A stretch of 32,000 bases of DNA, taken from the NCBI RefSeq assembly GCF_000012285.1, contig NC_007181.1, positions 2,190,001 to 2,222,000 on the forward strand, given 5' to 3'. Shown here piece after piece: positions 1-8,398 of this stretch. Position 1 is the stretch's first letter. Every line of letters starts with the position of its first letter. Source of the stretch: Sulfolobus acidocaldarius DSM 639 (lineage in GTDB: Archaea; Thermoproteota; Thermoprotei_A; Sulfolobales; Sulfolobaceae). The notes beneath the pieces were generated by a model that saw nothing but the letters and a program-made list of their open reading frames with translations, searched no databases and was not told where the DNA came from. The position numbers and the translations under genes are program-made.

Positions 1-807
1 TATATAACTTCCTCCCATTGATAATATGAAGAGAAAACCACTATATTCTGTGGCAGGACCTATAACTAACTCACTCTCAGCCTCTACAATCTCAAACGGA
101 AACCTACCTGTTCCCATGATCATGCCGATAAAGAACACAAATGCAGCTAGTGGGTTAGCTATAGCGCCAGGAATTCCCGTCTCAACAACTTTAGCCATAT
201 CCAAAGTGTGGTACTCAATAGCTATTGCCACAACAGATATAACAATTAACACATCATAGGAGACAGAAAGTAAAGCTTCTCTAACTGCTCCAACTATTGC
301 AAACCTATTATTTGTAACCCAAGCCTGTAAAAGTATGAAGACTGGGACTATGGCTAGGATACCTAAAGCTAAAATCATGTTATAGTTTACAAAGAATCCC
401 ACGAAAACTCCCTTTCCTATTGAAGGATCATAGAATGCATGGAAGTAAGAGGATAGAATTGAGCCTGATGCAGGTATTGCAGAGAATGGTATAACAGCCA
501 ATGGTAATATTGAAAATACTAGAACAGCTATTGGGACTAGACCAAACAATACCGCGTTCACATCTCTGGGCACTATAATCTCTGAGAATGCTAGTCTTAT
601 TGCATCAGCAACCAATTGTAAGATACCACCAACTCTTTTAGATACATATAGTGGACCAACTCTCATCTGCACAATTGCAGCAATCTTCCTCTCAAACCAA
701 ATGGTGAGTAGTAAAATTATCACCGTAAATATCAATCCTGGGAATATTATAACTCCAAAAAATGAAGGGTAAAAGAAATAATATTGGAGAGCTTGTAACA
801 GACTCAT
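1..807 (-). CDS. nuoH: NADH-quinone oxidoreductase subunit H (NuoH/ND1-like), 5' part; continues beyond the window start
   Basis: Not in the ORF track because it is truncated. The ATG at 807..805 overlaps the nuoD stop (TAATG). I hand-checked all 269 minus-strand codons down to position 1 and found no stop. The translation starts [55 protein letters not shown], which carries the conserved NuoH ERK..A..Q.R.GP motif. It sits directly downstream of nuoD as in nuo operons. Confidence 0.85.
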   Translation of the reverse strand, partial: MSLLQALQYYFFYPSFFGVIIFPGLIFTVIILLLTIWFERKIAAIVQMRVGPLYVSKRVGGILQLVADAIRLAFSEIIVPRDVNAVLFGLVPIAVLVFSILPLAVIPFSAIPASGSILSSYFHAFYDPSIGKGVFVGFFVNYNMILALGILAIVPVFILLQAWVTNNRFAIVGAVREALLSVSYDVLIVISVVAIAIEYHTLDMAKVVETGIPGAIANPLAAFVFFIGMIMGTGRFPFEIVEAESELVIGPATEYSGFLFILSMGGSYI

Positions 808-2018
808 TACCTATCAGCCTCCGGAGGGAAGTAGTCTAAACTACCATAAATCGCAACTAAATCGGCGTATCTAGCTCCTTTGCACAACTCTTTGAAAACA
901 TAGATAAGCCTGTATGAAGGTGTAATCATCCTAAGCCTATAGGGCTTGGGAGAGCCATCACTTATGATATAGTAAGCTAATTCACCTCTTCCAGCTTCGA
1001 CTCTACTAATTGCCTCACCCTTAGGAGGTCTAAAAGAGGCGTAATAACCTGGAAATACCACTCTTCTCTGACCCTCCCACCATTTCTTAAGTCTAACAGG
1101 TGGAATTTGCTTAAAGAATCTATCGCTTAAAATGTTACCATCAGGTATCTGCTTAATAACCTGCTCTAATATCCTCATACTCTGCTCCATTTCTTCGAAC
1201 CTAACCAATGTCCTAGCATATGCATCTCCCTCCTTATACATTGGTATTTCAAAATCCACCTTATCATATGCGCCATAAGGCTCAATCTTCCTGACATCAT
1301 AGTATACTCCAGACGCTCTCAAGTTTGGTCCCACTGCTCCCCATTTTATCGCATTCTCCTTGCTCATCACACCGACATTCTCTAATCTAGCCCTAATATT
1401 AGGGTTGTTCACGAGAATCTTGTACCAGTCCTGTATTTTCTTCCTCTGATACACTATTGCCTTCTCTATCATTTCCTTTATAGCAGGGGTGAGATCTCTT
1501 CTCACACCACCAGGTATTATGTAAGAGTTTGTTACCCTAGCACCTGTAATAGCCTGGAGAATTTCAACCCATACCTCTCTATCTCCAAATCCCCACATGA
1601 AACCTGTTGAATGACCTAAGAATATTGCCAATATACCCATGCCGTAGAGGTGGCTAGCAATTCTATTCACTTCTGCTACCAAAGTCCTTAAATACTGTGC
1701 CCTCTCTGGAACGTCTACGTTTAATATTTTCTCAACAGCCATTATATATCCTAGATTCATATGTATAGAATCCAGTATGGCAGGTCTCTCTATCAAAGGT
1801 ATAAGGTGCATGTAGTTTCTGACTTCACTTAGCTTTTCCACAGACCTGTGGACATATCCCACATCTAAGTCAACATCTTCAATTATATCACCATTAAGTT
1901 TCACGTAAATCCTCATATGTCCGGATCCAGGATGCTGAGGTCCAACATTTAACTCTCCTTCTACAGGGATGATTTCTACTCCAAAAGATGGTTCAAGCTG
2001 GCTTGTCAACAAAGACAC
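807..2018 (-). CDS. nuoD: NADH-quinone oxidoreductase subunit D (49 kDa, NiFe-hydrogenase large-subunit-like)
   Basis: 403-aa ORF with [14 protein letters not shown] near the N-terminus (NuoD GPQHP..HG signature) and a C-terminal DR. It overlaps nuoC by 26 nt. The track start is GTG at 2018, immediately preceded by AGGAGG, so the true start may lie a few codons downstream. Confidence 0.9.
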   Translation of the reverse strand: MSLLTSQLEPSFGVEIIPVEGELNVGPQHPGSGHMRIYVKLNGDIIEDVDLDVGYVHRSVEKLSEVRNYMHLIPLIERPAILDSIHMNLGYIMAVEKILNVDVPERAQYLRTLVAEVNRIASHLYGMGILAIFLGHSTGFMWGFGDREVWVEILQAITGARVTNSYIIPGGVRRDLTPAIKEMIEKAIVYQRKKIQDWYKILVNNPNIRARLENVGVMSKENAIKWGAVGPNLRASGVYYDVRKIEPYGAYDKVDFEIPMYKEGDAYARTLVRFEEMEQSMRILEQVIKQIPDGNILSDRFFKQIPPVRLKKWWEGQRRVVFPGYYASFRPPKGEAISRVEAGRGELAYYIISDGSPKPYRLRMITPSYRLIYVFKELCKGARYADLVAIYGSLDYFPPEADR

Positions 2019-2496
2019 CCTCCTGTTTTAATTTATAACTCTTCCTCAAGGGATATACACCTTCGAAATCTTCGTCTAAAAACATTCTCCGTAATTCAGG
2101 ATGACCCTCAAACACTATGCCTAACATCTCATATGTTTCTCTCTCTCCAGTCCAAACACTCTCCCATACCTTGAAGAGAGATGGAAATACAGGATCCTTA
2201 TAACTTGTCTTCTCTCTCAAGGCTACAATAACCTTTGCCAATGCCAGATCTGAATAGGACGAAATATGGTATACCACTTCAAATTCCTCTGTCTCAGGAT
2301 AATCTATACCTGTTACAGCCTTCACATGGTCAAATCCTATCTGCTTAAGATAATTTGCGATCTCCAATATCTGTGACTTATCAACTATAATTGTAGCCCT
2401 GTTTGTCCCTTCCACCTTTCCATTTACCTTGAACTTAGAATTCAGGTCTTGTATGATCTTTGCAAGATTATCATTAGGAGCACTCATCCCATTCAC
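1993..2496 (-). CDS. nuoC: NADH-quinone oxidoreductase subunit C (30 kDa)
   Basis: 167-aa ORF with NuoC-type motifs (ERE.YEM.G..F.GHP.LRR). The track start is GTG at 2496, overlapping the nuoA stop. An in-frame ATG at 2487 lies 5 nt after a perfect GGAGGTGA Shine-Dalgarno and is the more likely start (164 aa). Confidence 0.85.
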   Translation of the reverse strand: MNGMSAPNDNLAKIIQDLNSKFKVNGKVEGTNRATIIVDKSQILEIANYLKQIGFDHVKAVTGIDYPETEEFEVVYHISSYSDLALAKVIVALREKTSYKDPVFPSLFKVWESVWTGERETYEMLGIVFEGHPELRRMFLDEDFEGVYPLRKSYKLKQEGVFVDKPA

Positions 2497-2500
2497 CTCC
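2493..2500 (-). promoter_or_regulatory. Shine-Dalgarno GGAGGTGA for nuoC, embedded in the last codons of nuoA
   Basis: The minus strand reads GGAGGTGAATGGGATGAGT. This is an 8-nt match to the Sulfolobales SD consensus, 5 nt upstream of the ATG at 2487. That arrangement is typical of operon-internal genes. Confidence 0.6.
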
Positions 2501-2882
2501 TCACTATCCAGTACTGAATTACGTTAATCTGCTTTATAGCATAGTACAAGACAGGGTAAAGTAATGCTATAGAGACTAATGCTATGATCAGAAGATTAGT
2601 GAAAAGTGTTGTTGAGGTATAATAATATGCTTGAGCTAATGAAAATAATATAACAACTATTGGCTCAATAGATGTGTAAATGAGAAGATAGCCATAGTAT
2701 TGTAGGGGGAACCATAGTCTACCCTCACCAAATGGTATATTTCCCGCCTCGAATCTGCTGACCTTCACAGGATTATATTGTCCCTGTAATGCAATATACA
2801 GTATTCTGTAAGTCCCATACCCTACTACGAATAATAATACTGATGGAAGTCCAAATGCTAGAATTGCTTGAGTGAGAGCCAT
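2493..2882 (-). CDS. nuoA: NADH-quinone oxidoreductase subunit A (ND3-like membrane subunit)
   Basis: 129-aa protein with three predicted TM segments. The loop FEAGNIPFGEG corresponds to the NuoA YECG..P.G motif, followed by the conserved acidic E in TM2 (SIEPIVV). It is the first gene of the operon. Confidence 0.75.
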   Translation of the reverse strand: MALTQAILAFGLPSVLLFVVGYGTYRILYIALQGQYNPVKVSRFEAGNIPFGEGRLWFPLQYYGYLLIYTSIEPIVVILFSLAQAYYYTSTTLFTNLLIIALVSIALLYPVLYYAIKQINVIQYWIVRR

Positions 2883-3123
2883 AAGTAGTATTCATAACAC
2901 TATCCTAAAATAGTTTCCTAATGATAATTAGAATGGAAAAATTGGAATATTCTGCGGTGAAAATGACAATTTATTTACGGATTCTATTGAACAGGATATA
3001 AATTACTAGACGGGGATGCTGATATAGTTTCAATCCAAAAGACTAATAAACTAAAACTATGCACGATTAATGTTTATTACAAAAAATAGTTTAATAAAAA
3101 AAGCATAATAAAACTGTTTAGTA

Positions 3124-3906
3124 TTATTTGCCCATGACTACCCCATCTTCACTAACAAGTATACTTCTTGCATTCTTCACACATTTTGGTATACCCTCTC
3201 TTGTTACTCCCTCTATGCACCTCTGAGAGATGAAAACAGTGTTGTCTATATCGTCTAAGGTAATGGGGTTCTCCCTTATGAAGTTCTCATGTATTATACA
3301 GTTTGGTCCAGCGTATTTGAAGAGCCTAGGGTGCACTCTCTTAACCTCATCTAGCATCTTCCATGCTATGGCTCTGATCTCCCACTGTGCCCTAGAGCAC
3401 AGCCTTAACCCAAAGAAGTTGTATAACTCCCTTGCATTCATTGTGACCACAATGTTAGTGTTCACTCCATTGGGCAACACATACCTAGCGTCTTCTTCTG
3501 GCACACCTTTCTCTAGGAGTTGATAAAAGTAGTTATAAGCGTCTTGATAAGCCTTGTCCACTACTTCTTTCCCCCTCTTCTCTATGCTGGGCGGAGTGAT
3601 GGGCTTATAGTACTTGTCCACAGGCTTAGCAAAACGGTGAGACATCTGAGTGTAAGAGGCAATTCTATGCCTAACTAGTTGATGGGAAGCAACACGTGAT
3701 ATACCCTCAATAGAGAATGTATATACACTGTGCTCCAGCACTGACCAATACCCGTGTGTAATGGAGTCTCTAATCCACGTCTCGATTTCGTCATCAGTCA
3801 TCTCCTTCTCGTGGTAGTCCCAGCCCTTCCTTGACCTACTCATCTTAGCTGCTATCGCTACAATCCTCTCTCCGTCTTTTGAATATGACACAAGCTTAAT
3901 TTTCAT
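3124..3906 (-). CDS. thyX: Flavin-dependent thymidylate synthase ThyX
   Basis: 260-aa ORF containing the ThyX signature RHR..S ([18 protein letters not shown]) and the upstream SVLEH motif. Confidence 0.9.
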   Translation of the reverse strand: MKIKLVSYSKDGERIVAIAAKMSRSRKGWDYHEKEMTDDEIETWIRDSITHGYWSVLEHSVYTFSIEGISRVASHQLVRHRIASYTQMSHRFAKPVDKYYKPITPPSIEKRGKEVVDKAYQDAYNYFYQLLEKGVPEEDARYVLPNGVNTNIVVTMNARELYNFFGLRLCSRAQWEIRAIAWKMLDEVKRVHPRLFKYAGPNCIIHENFIRENPITLDDIDNTVFISQRCIEGVTREGIPKCVKNARSILVSEDGVVMGK

Positions 3907-3926
3907 TTAATATATAATTGTACTTA

Positions 3927-3936
3927 CAAAATAAAA
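3927..3936 (-). promoter_or_regulatory. TATA-like box for a leaderless thyX transcript
   Basis: The minus strand reads TTTTATTTTG, centred about 26 nt upstream of the thyX ATG (3906). This spacing is typical of Sulfolobus leaderless promoters. Confidence 0.4.
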
Positions 3937-4023
3937 TGGCTTTGATGTTTTGATGGGGGAACCATGTAAAGAGATTCAGCTATCAGTATTATAAGTAAAT
4001 ATTTAAAAAATCACTCTATAATT

Positions 4024-4359
4024 TTAACCTAAAACGTTACTCATCTTTTCCACCAGTCTCGTAAATAAAGCGGCATTCTTCTCTGCGTCTTTTTCTGTCT
4101 GATCGAGAACTTTCTTTATCTCCTCATCGTTAACCTTAGATAGCCTCTGCTTATATACAACTATCTTATTAAGCTCGTCTTCAAGAGAGTCTAGAATCAC
4201 TTTCATTACATCTTTATCTACTTTACTGGTGCTAGAAGCTTTTTCCTTAAAACACGTATAATGAACTACTGCCTTGTTTGACATAAAGGTAAATAGTTCG
4301 TCCCAATAGATTGGCTTTCCACATAATCCACAGTTCCACTTGGTCTGAGGTCTGCTCAT
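4024..4359 (-). CDS. Small archaeal Zn-ribbon-like protein (DUF2175-like), function unknown
   Basis: 111-aa ORF. The N-terminus [19 protein letters not shown]...VVHYTCF has a CxxC plus H..C arrangement, followed by a charged helical tail. The family assignment is from memory only. Confidence 0.45.
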   Translation of the reverse strand: MSRPQTKWNCGLCGKPIYWDELFTFMSNKAVVHYTCFKEKASSTSKVDKDVMKVILDSLEDELNKIVVYKQRLSKVNDEEIKKVLDQTEKDAEKNAALFTRLVEKMSNVLG

Positions 4360-4940
4360 AATGGAACTTTCTCCCAGAGTAATAAAAGTTTTACCAAAAA
4401 CTCAAATCCAATAATCTATTTGACGCATATACGACCACGAATTATAATAACTAACTTATCGAGGATAGCAGGCTCTCGAAGGGAACACATGAAGGACATA
4501 AAAATTTTGAAGATAGATGTAACGGCTTGGTTTAGAACATAGGTTACTGGATTTAGAGTTAGAGTAGAAGGGTTAAAATTAACGGATCTTAATTAAAGAT
4601 AAATTGTGAACTTCCTGACCTAAAAATCCTGATATTTCTGTCGTAAAAAAGGAGGGTAGAAATATTGCCACTGGAGAAGCTTACAAAGCATTAAACAATT
4701 AAGATGTTAGAGAGTGCCAAAGATATTTACATTAGTTTAGTAAGATTAAGGAGTTGTATACTTTACAATGTACTCAAGGGTATGGTTAGAAAACTAGAAT
4801 TTGACTCAGATTTAACTAGATAATATAATGTAATGTTGTGTATAGAATCGTAAATTTTTATTTTATCCACTGTCGCATCTTCACATAGCTATTCAGATAG
4901 AACGAAAAGACATTAAAGTAAGACGGACATTAAGGTACTT

Positions 4941-6104
4941 ATGATACAAAAGAATATGATTAACGATGCCAAATTTTATGATAAACTTATCGCATTCTTC
5001 TTTGAGACTGAAAACTGTACAAACTGTGAGGATTTATATAATAAAATTTTGAAATTGACAATCTCTCAGAAATATTATTTTTTAAGGGCGAATGCCAATG
5101 AATACCTCTTTTACACAGTTAGATTTAGCAGGGGAGTTGTACCCTCAATAGGTATAATAAATACAAGTGGTGAACTCATAGGTATTATAGAGTCAGAGAA
5201 CATTGACTACATACAAGCTAAGTTAAGAGAGATCTATGACAACAGAAACAAAATAAAGGGATTCAAAATAGATAAAATTACCACAACAAGAGAAATAAAC
5301 ACTGCTGATTTCTATGAGGTTGTCAACTACGCATTAGACGGCGGTCAGTTAGACTTTAGAGGAGCACAGTTTCTAAGGTTTTACGCTAAAATCCACAAAG
5401 AGTATGAGAAAGTGCTTGAAAGAGCCTTACCATTAGACCCATTTGCAGAGTATGTTTTAACTGGAAAGAAACCTGATGTAGAGCATTACTACACATCAAC
5501 TTTAGCAATATCAACAATACTAGGTCTATTCAACGACGATGTGATATCAAAGCTCCTTGAGAGAATAAACAGTGACGGGAGTGTTTACAGAAGTATAAGA
5601 AAAGAGGTAAATGGGCTACTTATAGATCAGGCATTAGTAGGACAAGCTCTACTGAGAGTATATAAGAAGACTTGGGATCAAAAGTACCTTGACTTGGCTA
5701 TGAAAGTTTACACTTACATCAAAGACAATCTGAAAGGCGATTTAGGATTTAGAGACATAAAACCATTGGACGAGGTAACCAAAGAGGAATTCTATGAACC
5801 AATATCCAATTCAGAAACAGCAATATTTCTCTCTCAGCTGTGGTCAGTGAACAATGATGAAACTTACCTCTTAGAGGCAAAAAAGGCTATGGAGGCAAGT
5901 TATACAATAGGCGGAAATGACATTAGAGTAATTCCAAGAGTTGCCATAGCTTATTTGAAGATTAATGAGTTAATAAAGAGCAGAGAGGAGATCAAGGATG
6001 ACATTAGAGTTGAGGTTATGAAGGAGATAAGTTGCGAGGATAAGGATGCTGTAGTATATAAGGGAAAGTGCGTGAAAATTGATGAAGTACAGAGTGAACT
6101 ATAA
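4941..6104 (+). CDS. Hypothetical protein with an N-terminal thioredoxin-like CxxC region and an alpha-helical repeat C-terminal part (YyaL/DUF255-like?)
   Basis: 387-aa ORF with CTNC at residues about 26-29 and a C-terminal two-thirds rich in helical repeats. The ORF itself is well supported by length and codon bias. The family call is weak. Confidence 0.5.
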   Translation: MIQKNMINDAKFYDKLIAFFFETENCTNCEDLYNKILKLTISQKYYFLRANANEYLFYTVRFSRGVVPSIGIINTSGELIGIIESENIDYIQAKLREIYDNRNKIKGFKIDKITTTREINTADFYEVVNYALDGGQLDFRGAQFLRFYAKIHKEYEKVLERALPLDPFAEYVLTGKKPDVEHYYTSTLAISTILGLFNDDVISKLLERINSDGSVYRSIRKEVNGLLIDQALVGQALLRVYKKTWDQKYLDLAMKVYTYIKDNLKGDLGFRDIKPLDEVTKEEFYEPISNSETAIFLSQLWSVNNDETYLLEAKKAMEASYTIGGNDIRVIPRVAIAYLKINELIKSREEIKDDIRVEVMKEISCEDKDAVVYKGKCVKIDEVQSEL

Positions 6105-6150
6105 GTAGTGCGAGTTCTCAGTGGGTACAGACGACTCTGCTGATTAGAGC

Positions 6151-6858
6151 CTATAACTTCACGTAAATTTTCTTAGTAAATCTAGACAGATGCTTTGCTA
6201 GTCCTCCTTCGCACACTACTCTTAGTGCCTTTATCTTGTCCACAGCGATCACTTTTCCGATATAGTCAAATCCGTATTTCTTCAGGGTAATAGGGGCGTA
6301 GACAGATGATATACCACTTAAGATGAGATGATCAGTTGATATGGAGGCTAAAATCTTCTCAATATTTCCCGCTACAAGAGCTGAACCGAATATTACAGTA
6401 CTATCACATGTCTCTGAGGTAAATGACGAGAAGGGCTTCACTGTAACATTATCAAAGGATCTCTGGGGAGGATTCCAGAAGTCATATATAGTTACGGATA
6501 CAAACCTATTTGTAACTGTTCCTGGCGAGTAGCCAAACACACAGAGCTTATTCCCTTCTAATACATCTATAGGATCACCATTCTCATAGCCTTCAATATT
6601 TCCCACACTGTTCAGTATTGCAACAGACACTGACCTCTCTATAGGTGAGTTCTTTAAGCTTTCAACTAAGCTTACTGCGTCGTTACCAAAAACCTCACCA
6701 CAGAGCGAGTTTTCACCTTCAGTAATAGTGTGGGAAATTCCTAAAGAACCATCACTTAGCATAACTGAAGTGTAAGCCACACCAATGCAATTATTTACAA
6801 CTTTCTTACCTTTTAATGAATGCCTTAACTCATCAATCATTTCATCTAATAGCATCAT
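6151..6858 (-). CDS. DUF4213/DUF364 (Rossmann-like, putative heavy-metal chelation) domain protein
   Basis: 235-aa ORF. The N-terminal IGVAYTSVMLSDGSLGISHT resembles the DUF4213 signature, followed by a Rossmann-like C-terminal half. Confidence 0.6.
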   Translation of the reverse strand: MMLLDEMIDELRHSLKGKKVVNNCIGVAYTSVMLSDGSLGISHTITEGENSLCGEVFGNDAVSLVESLKNSPIERSVSVAILNSVGNIEGYENGDPIDVLEGNKLCVFGYSPGTVTNRFVSVTIYDFWNPPQRSFDNVTVKPFSSFTSETCDSTVIFGSALVAGNIEKILASISTDHLILSGISSVYAPITLKKYGFDYIGKVIAVDKIKALRVVCEGGLAKHLSRFTKKIYVKL

Positions 6859-6894
6859 TAAATATTTAGATAGGGGAAATTAAAATTAAAGTGA

Positions 6895-6943
6895 ATGAAG
6901 ACGTTCCACCCGAGCGAGTGATGAGCGAAACGGTTAATACTGA
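6895..6943 (+). ncRNA. Candidate C/D-box sRNA unit 1 (weakest of three tandem units)
   Basis: C AUGAAGA 6895-6901; 12-nt guide 6902-6913; D' GCGA 6914-6917; C' GUGAUGA 6918-6924; 15-nt guide 6925-6939; D CUGA 6940-6943. The C box has one mismatch, there is no D'-C' spacer, and the second spacer is long. Confidence 0.3.
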
Positions 6944-6992
6944 TGATGATGTGGGAAGAGCCAGATTAAGATGAAGACCTCTCCTATTCTGA
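6943..6992 (+). ncRNA. Candidate C/D-box sRNA unit 2
   Basis: C AUGAUGA 6943-6949; 12-nt guide 6950-6961; D' CAGA 6962-6965; C' AAGAUGA 6968-6974; 14-nt guide 6975-6988; D CUGA 6989-6992. Confidence 0.35.
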
Positions 6993-7040
6993 TGATGACG
7001 CCGAGCACTAACGATTAGGTGAGTTCAGGACCACAGCTGA
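6992..7040 (+). ncRNA. Candidate C/D-box sRNA unit 3 (best formed)
   Basis: C AUGAUGA 6992-6998; exactly 12-nt guide CGCCGAGCACUA 6999-7010; D' ACGA 7011-7014; 3-nt spacer; C' GGUGAGU 7018-7024; exactly 12-nt guide UCAGGACCACAG 7025-7036; D CUGA 7037-7040. It has the canonical archaeal 12/12 architecture, is about 49 nt long, and is G+C-rich relative to its flanks. Confidence 0.5.
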
Positions 7041-7178
7041 AAGTATATTTGCTCTTCACCAGACTATCATCTAAATGACAAGGCTAAAATCGTTTTTAAT
7101 ATTTAATTTCAATTTAGGATAGTTATATCGTTTAATTGAAAAGACAGTTTTTAAATCTAAAGTGGTAAATTAACAAAT

Positions 7179-7658
7179 ATGAGTATGAAAAAGATAGTAT
7201 CAGATAGGGTAAGAAGAGGAACACTAAGGCTTTTAGTTTTAAGTTCATTAGCTGAAAAACCCATGTACCTATACGAGATCATAAAGAGTATAGAGACTAA
7301 GGCAGAAGGATTTTACAGACCTAGTACTGGCTCAATTTATCCTGTACTCAGGAGTCTAGCAAGGGATGGATACATAATAATACAAGAGAGGGACGGTAAA
7401 AAGATATACAGCCTCACAGATAAAGGAGTAAAAAAAGTTGAGGAAATTAAGATAGAGATCGAGTCCCTCTTTACAAGAGATCCTCTGAAGAGGAGAGTTA
7501 TTGATCTACTATTCAATATTGGACTAACTGTGCATATCAACAGGAAAAAGATTGATGATAAAGTTTTAAACCAACTTATTACTGATCTCGAGAAATGCAT
7601 GGCTTTAGTGGAAGAGGCTATAAAAAGTAAAGGAGAGAAAACAGTTACCCAGGTTTGA
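7179..7658 (+). CDS. PadR-family winged-helix transcriptional regulator
   Basis: 159-aa ORF with LLVLSSLAEKPMYLYEIIKSIE....STGSIYPVLRSLARDGYI, the typical PadR HTH/wing pattern. Confidence 0.85.
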   Translation: MSMKKIVSDRVRRGTLRLLVLSSLAEKPMYLYEIIKSIETKAEGFYRPSTGSIYPVLRSLARDGYIIIQERDGKKIYSLTDKGVKKVEEIKIEIESLFTRDPLKRRVIDLLFNIGLTVHINRKKIDDKVLNQLITDLEKCMALVEEAIKSKGEKTVTQV

Positions 7659-7661
7659 AAT

Positions 7662-8216
7662 CTAGTTGTTCAAGAAGTCCAGTAGCTTTAGGCTTTTCTC
7701 TACTACTTTCATAGGATCATTATCTATTACGAAAATTCCTGGCTCTTTGCCGAAATCACCCAGATCAACAATGTAATTAGGTATCCTCTTTAGCGTATTA
7801 AAAGCCAATTCAACCATATAGTTCATTGTTTTCCTCTCCTTCGTCTTCTGTTCTGCAGGTTCCTCTCTCCTGCTAAAAATGAAAACCTGATCATTAGGTA
7901 AATTATCCACAATCTCTCTGTAGTATTTCAGGTTTATGGCACTCCTCTTCTCGCTATCGTACTTCATAGACGTTAATATCACTCTTGCTATATGGTCAGA
8001 GGCACCAAAGGATGGAGGTAAACAATAGATTACCCTGTTAAATGCCACTGTAAGTCTTCCAGGAATAGCTGCCACATCGCTTATGTCCTTAGCATTTGAA
8101 AGTGAATAACCCAAATTAGTCTTAACCTCTGGTATTAATAGGTAAGATTTCTCATTAGATGCAAACTTGTCTACTGCTTCTTTCAACTTAACTAAGATCT
8201 CGTCTCTTTCATCCAT
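7662..8216 (-). CDS. thiN: ThiN-domain protein (archaeal thiamine-phosphate synthase family)
   Basis: 184-aa ORF. PEVKTNLGYSL.NAK...DVAAIPGRL......GASDHIARVILT resembles the ThiN domain of archaeal ThiDN proteins. It is convergent with padR, with only 3 nt between the stop codons. Confidence 0.6.
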   Translation of the reverse strand: MDERDEILVKLKEAVDKFASNEKSYLLIPEVKTNLGYSLSNAKDISDVAAIPGRLTVAFNRVIYCLPPSFGASDHIARVILTSMKYDSEKRSAINLKYYREIVDNLPNDQVFIFSRREEPAEQKTKERKTMNYMVELAFNTLKRIPNYIVDLGDFGKEPGIFVIDNDPMKVVEKSLKLLDFLNN

Positions 8217-8358
8217 AAGTATAGTTTACTATCATAACCTATATTGTTTTTCAATTAGAAAGTAAAGTGATAAGAGTCTTACTCGCAGAAATTAAAACGA
8301 GCATTTTACCTGACAGAAATGATTTACGACCTAAAATATGCGACTTGAGAAAAATCAC

Positions 8359-8388
8359 AAAAAATAAAAAAAGTAATACGTAAAAAAA
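8359..8388 (-). terminator. Oligo-T termination tracts downstream of slaB
   Basis: After the slaB stop (8401..8399) the minus strand carries T7 (8388-8382), T7 (8372-8366) and T6 (8364-8359). Archaeal RNAP terminates at oligo-T runs. Confidence 0.6.
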
Positions 8389-8398
8389 TAATATCTTT

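Noticed and set aside
26-259. 77-aa plus-strand ORF at the window start
   Set aside because: It lies entirely antisense to the open nuoH reading frame, which has a convincing NuoH N-terminal motif. Its composition looks like a shadow ORF.
2705-3965. Shared 11-mer GGGGGAACCAT in nuoA (2705-2715) and upstream of thyX (3955-3965)
   Set aside because: Dozens of repeated 11-mers are expected by chance in 32 kb, and there is no flanking similarity.
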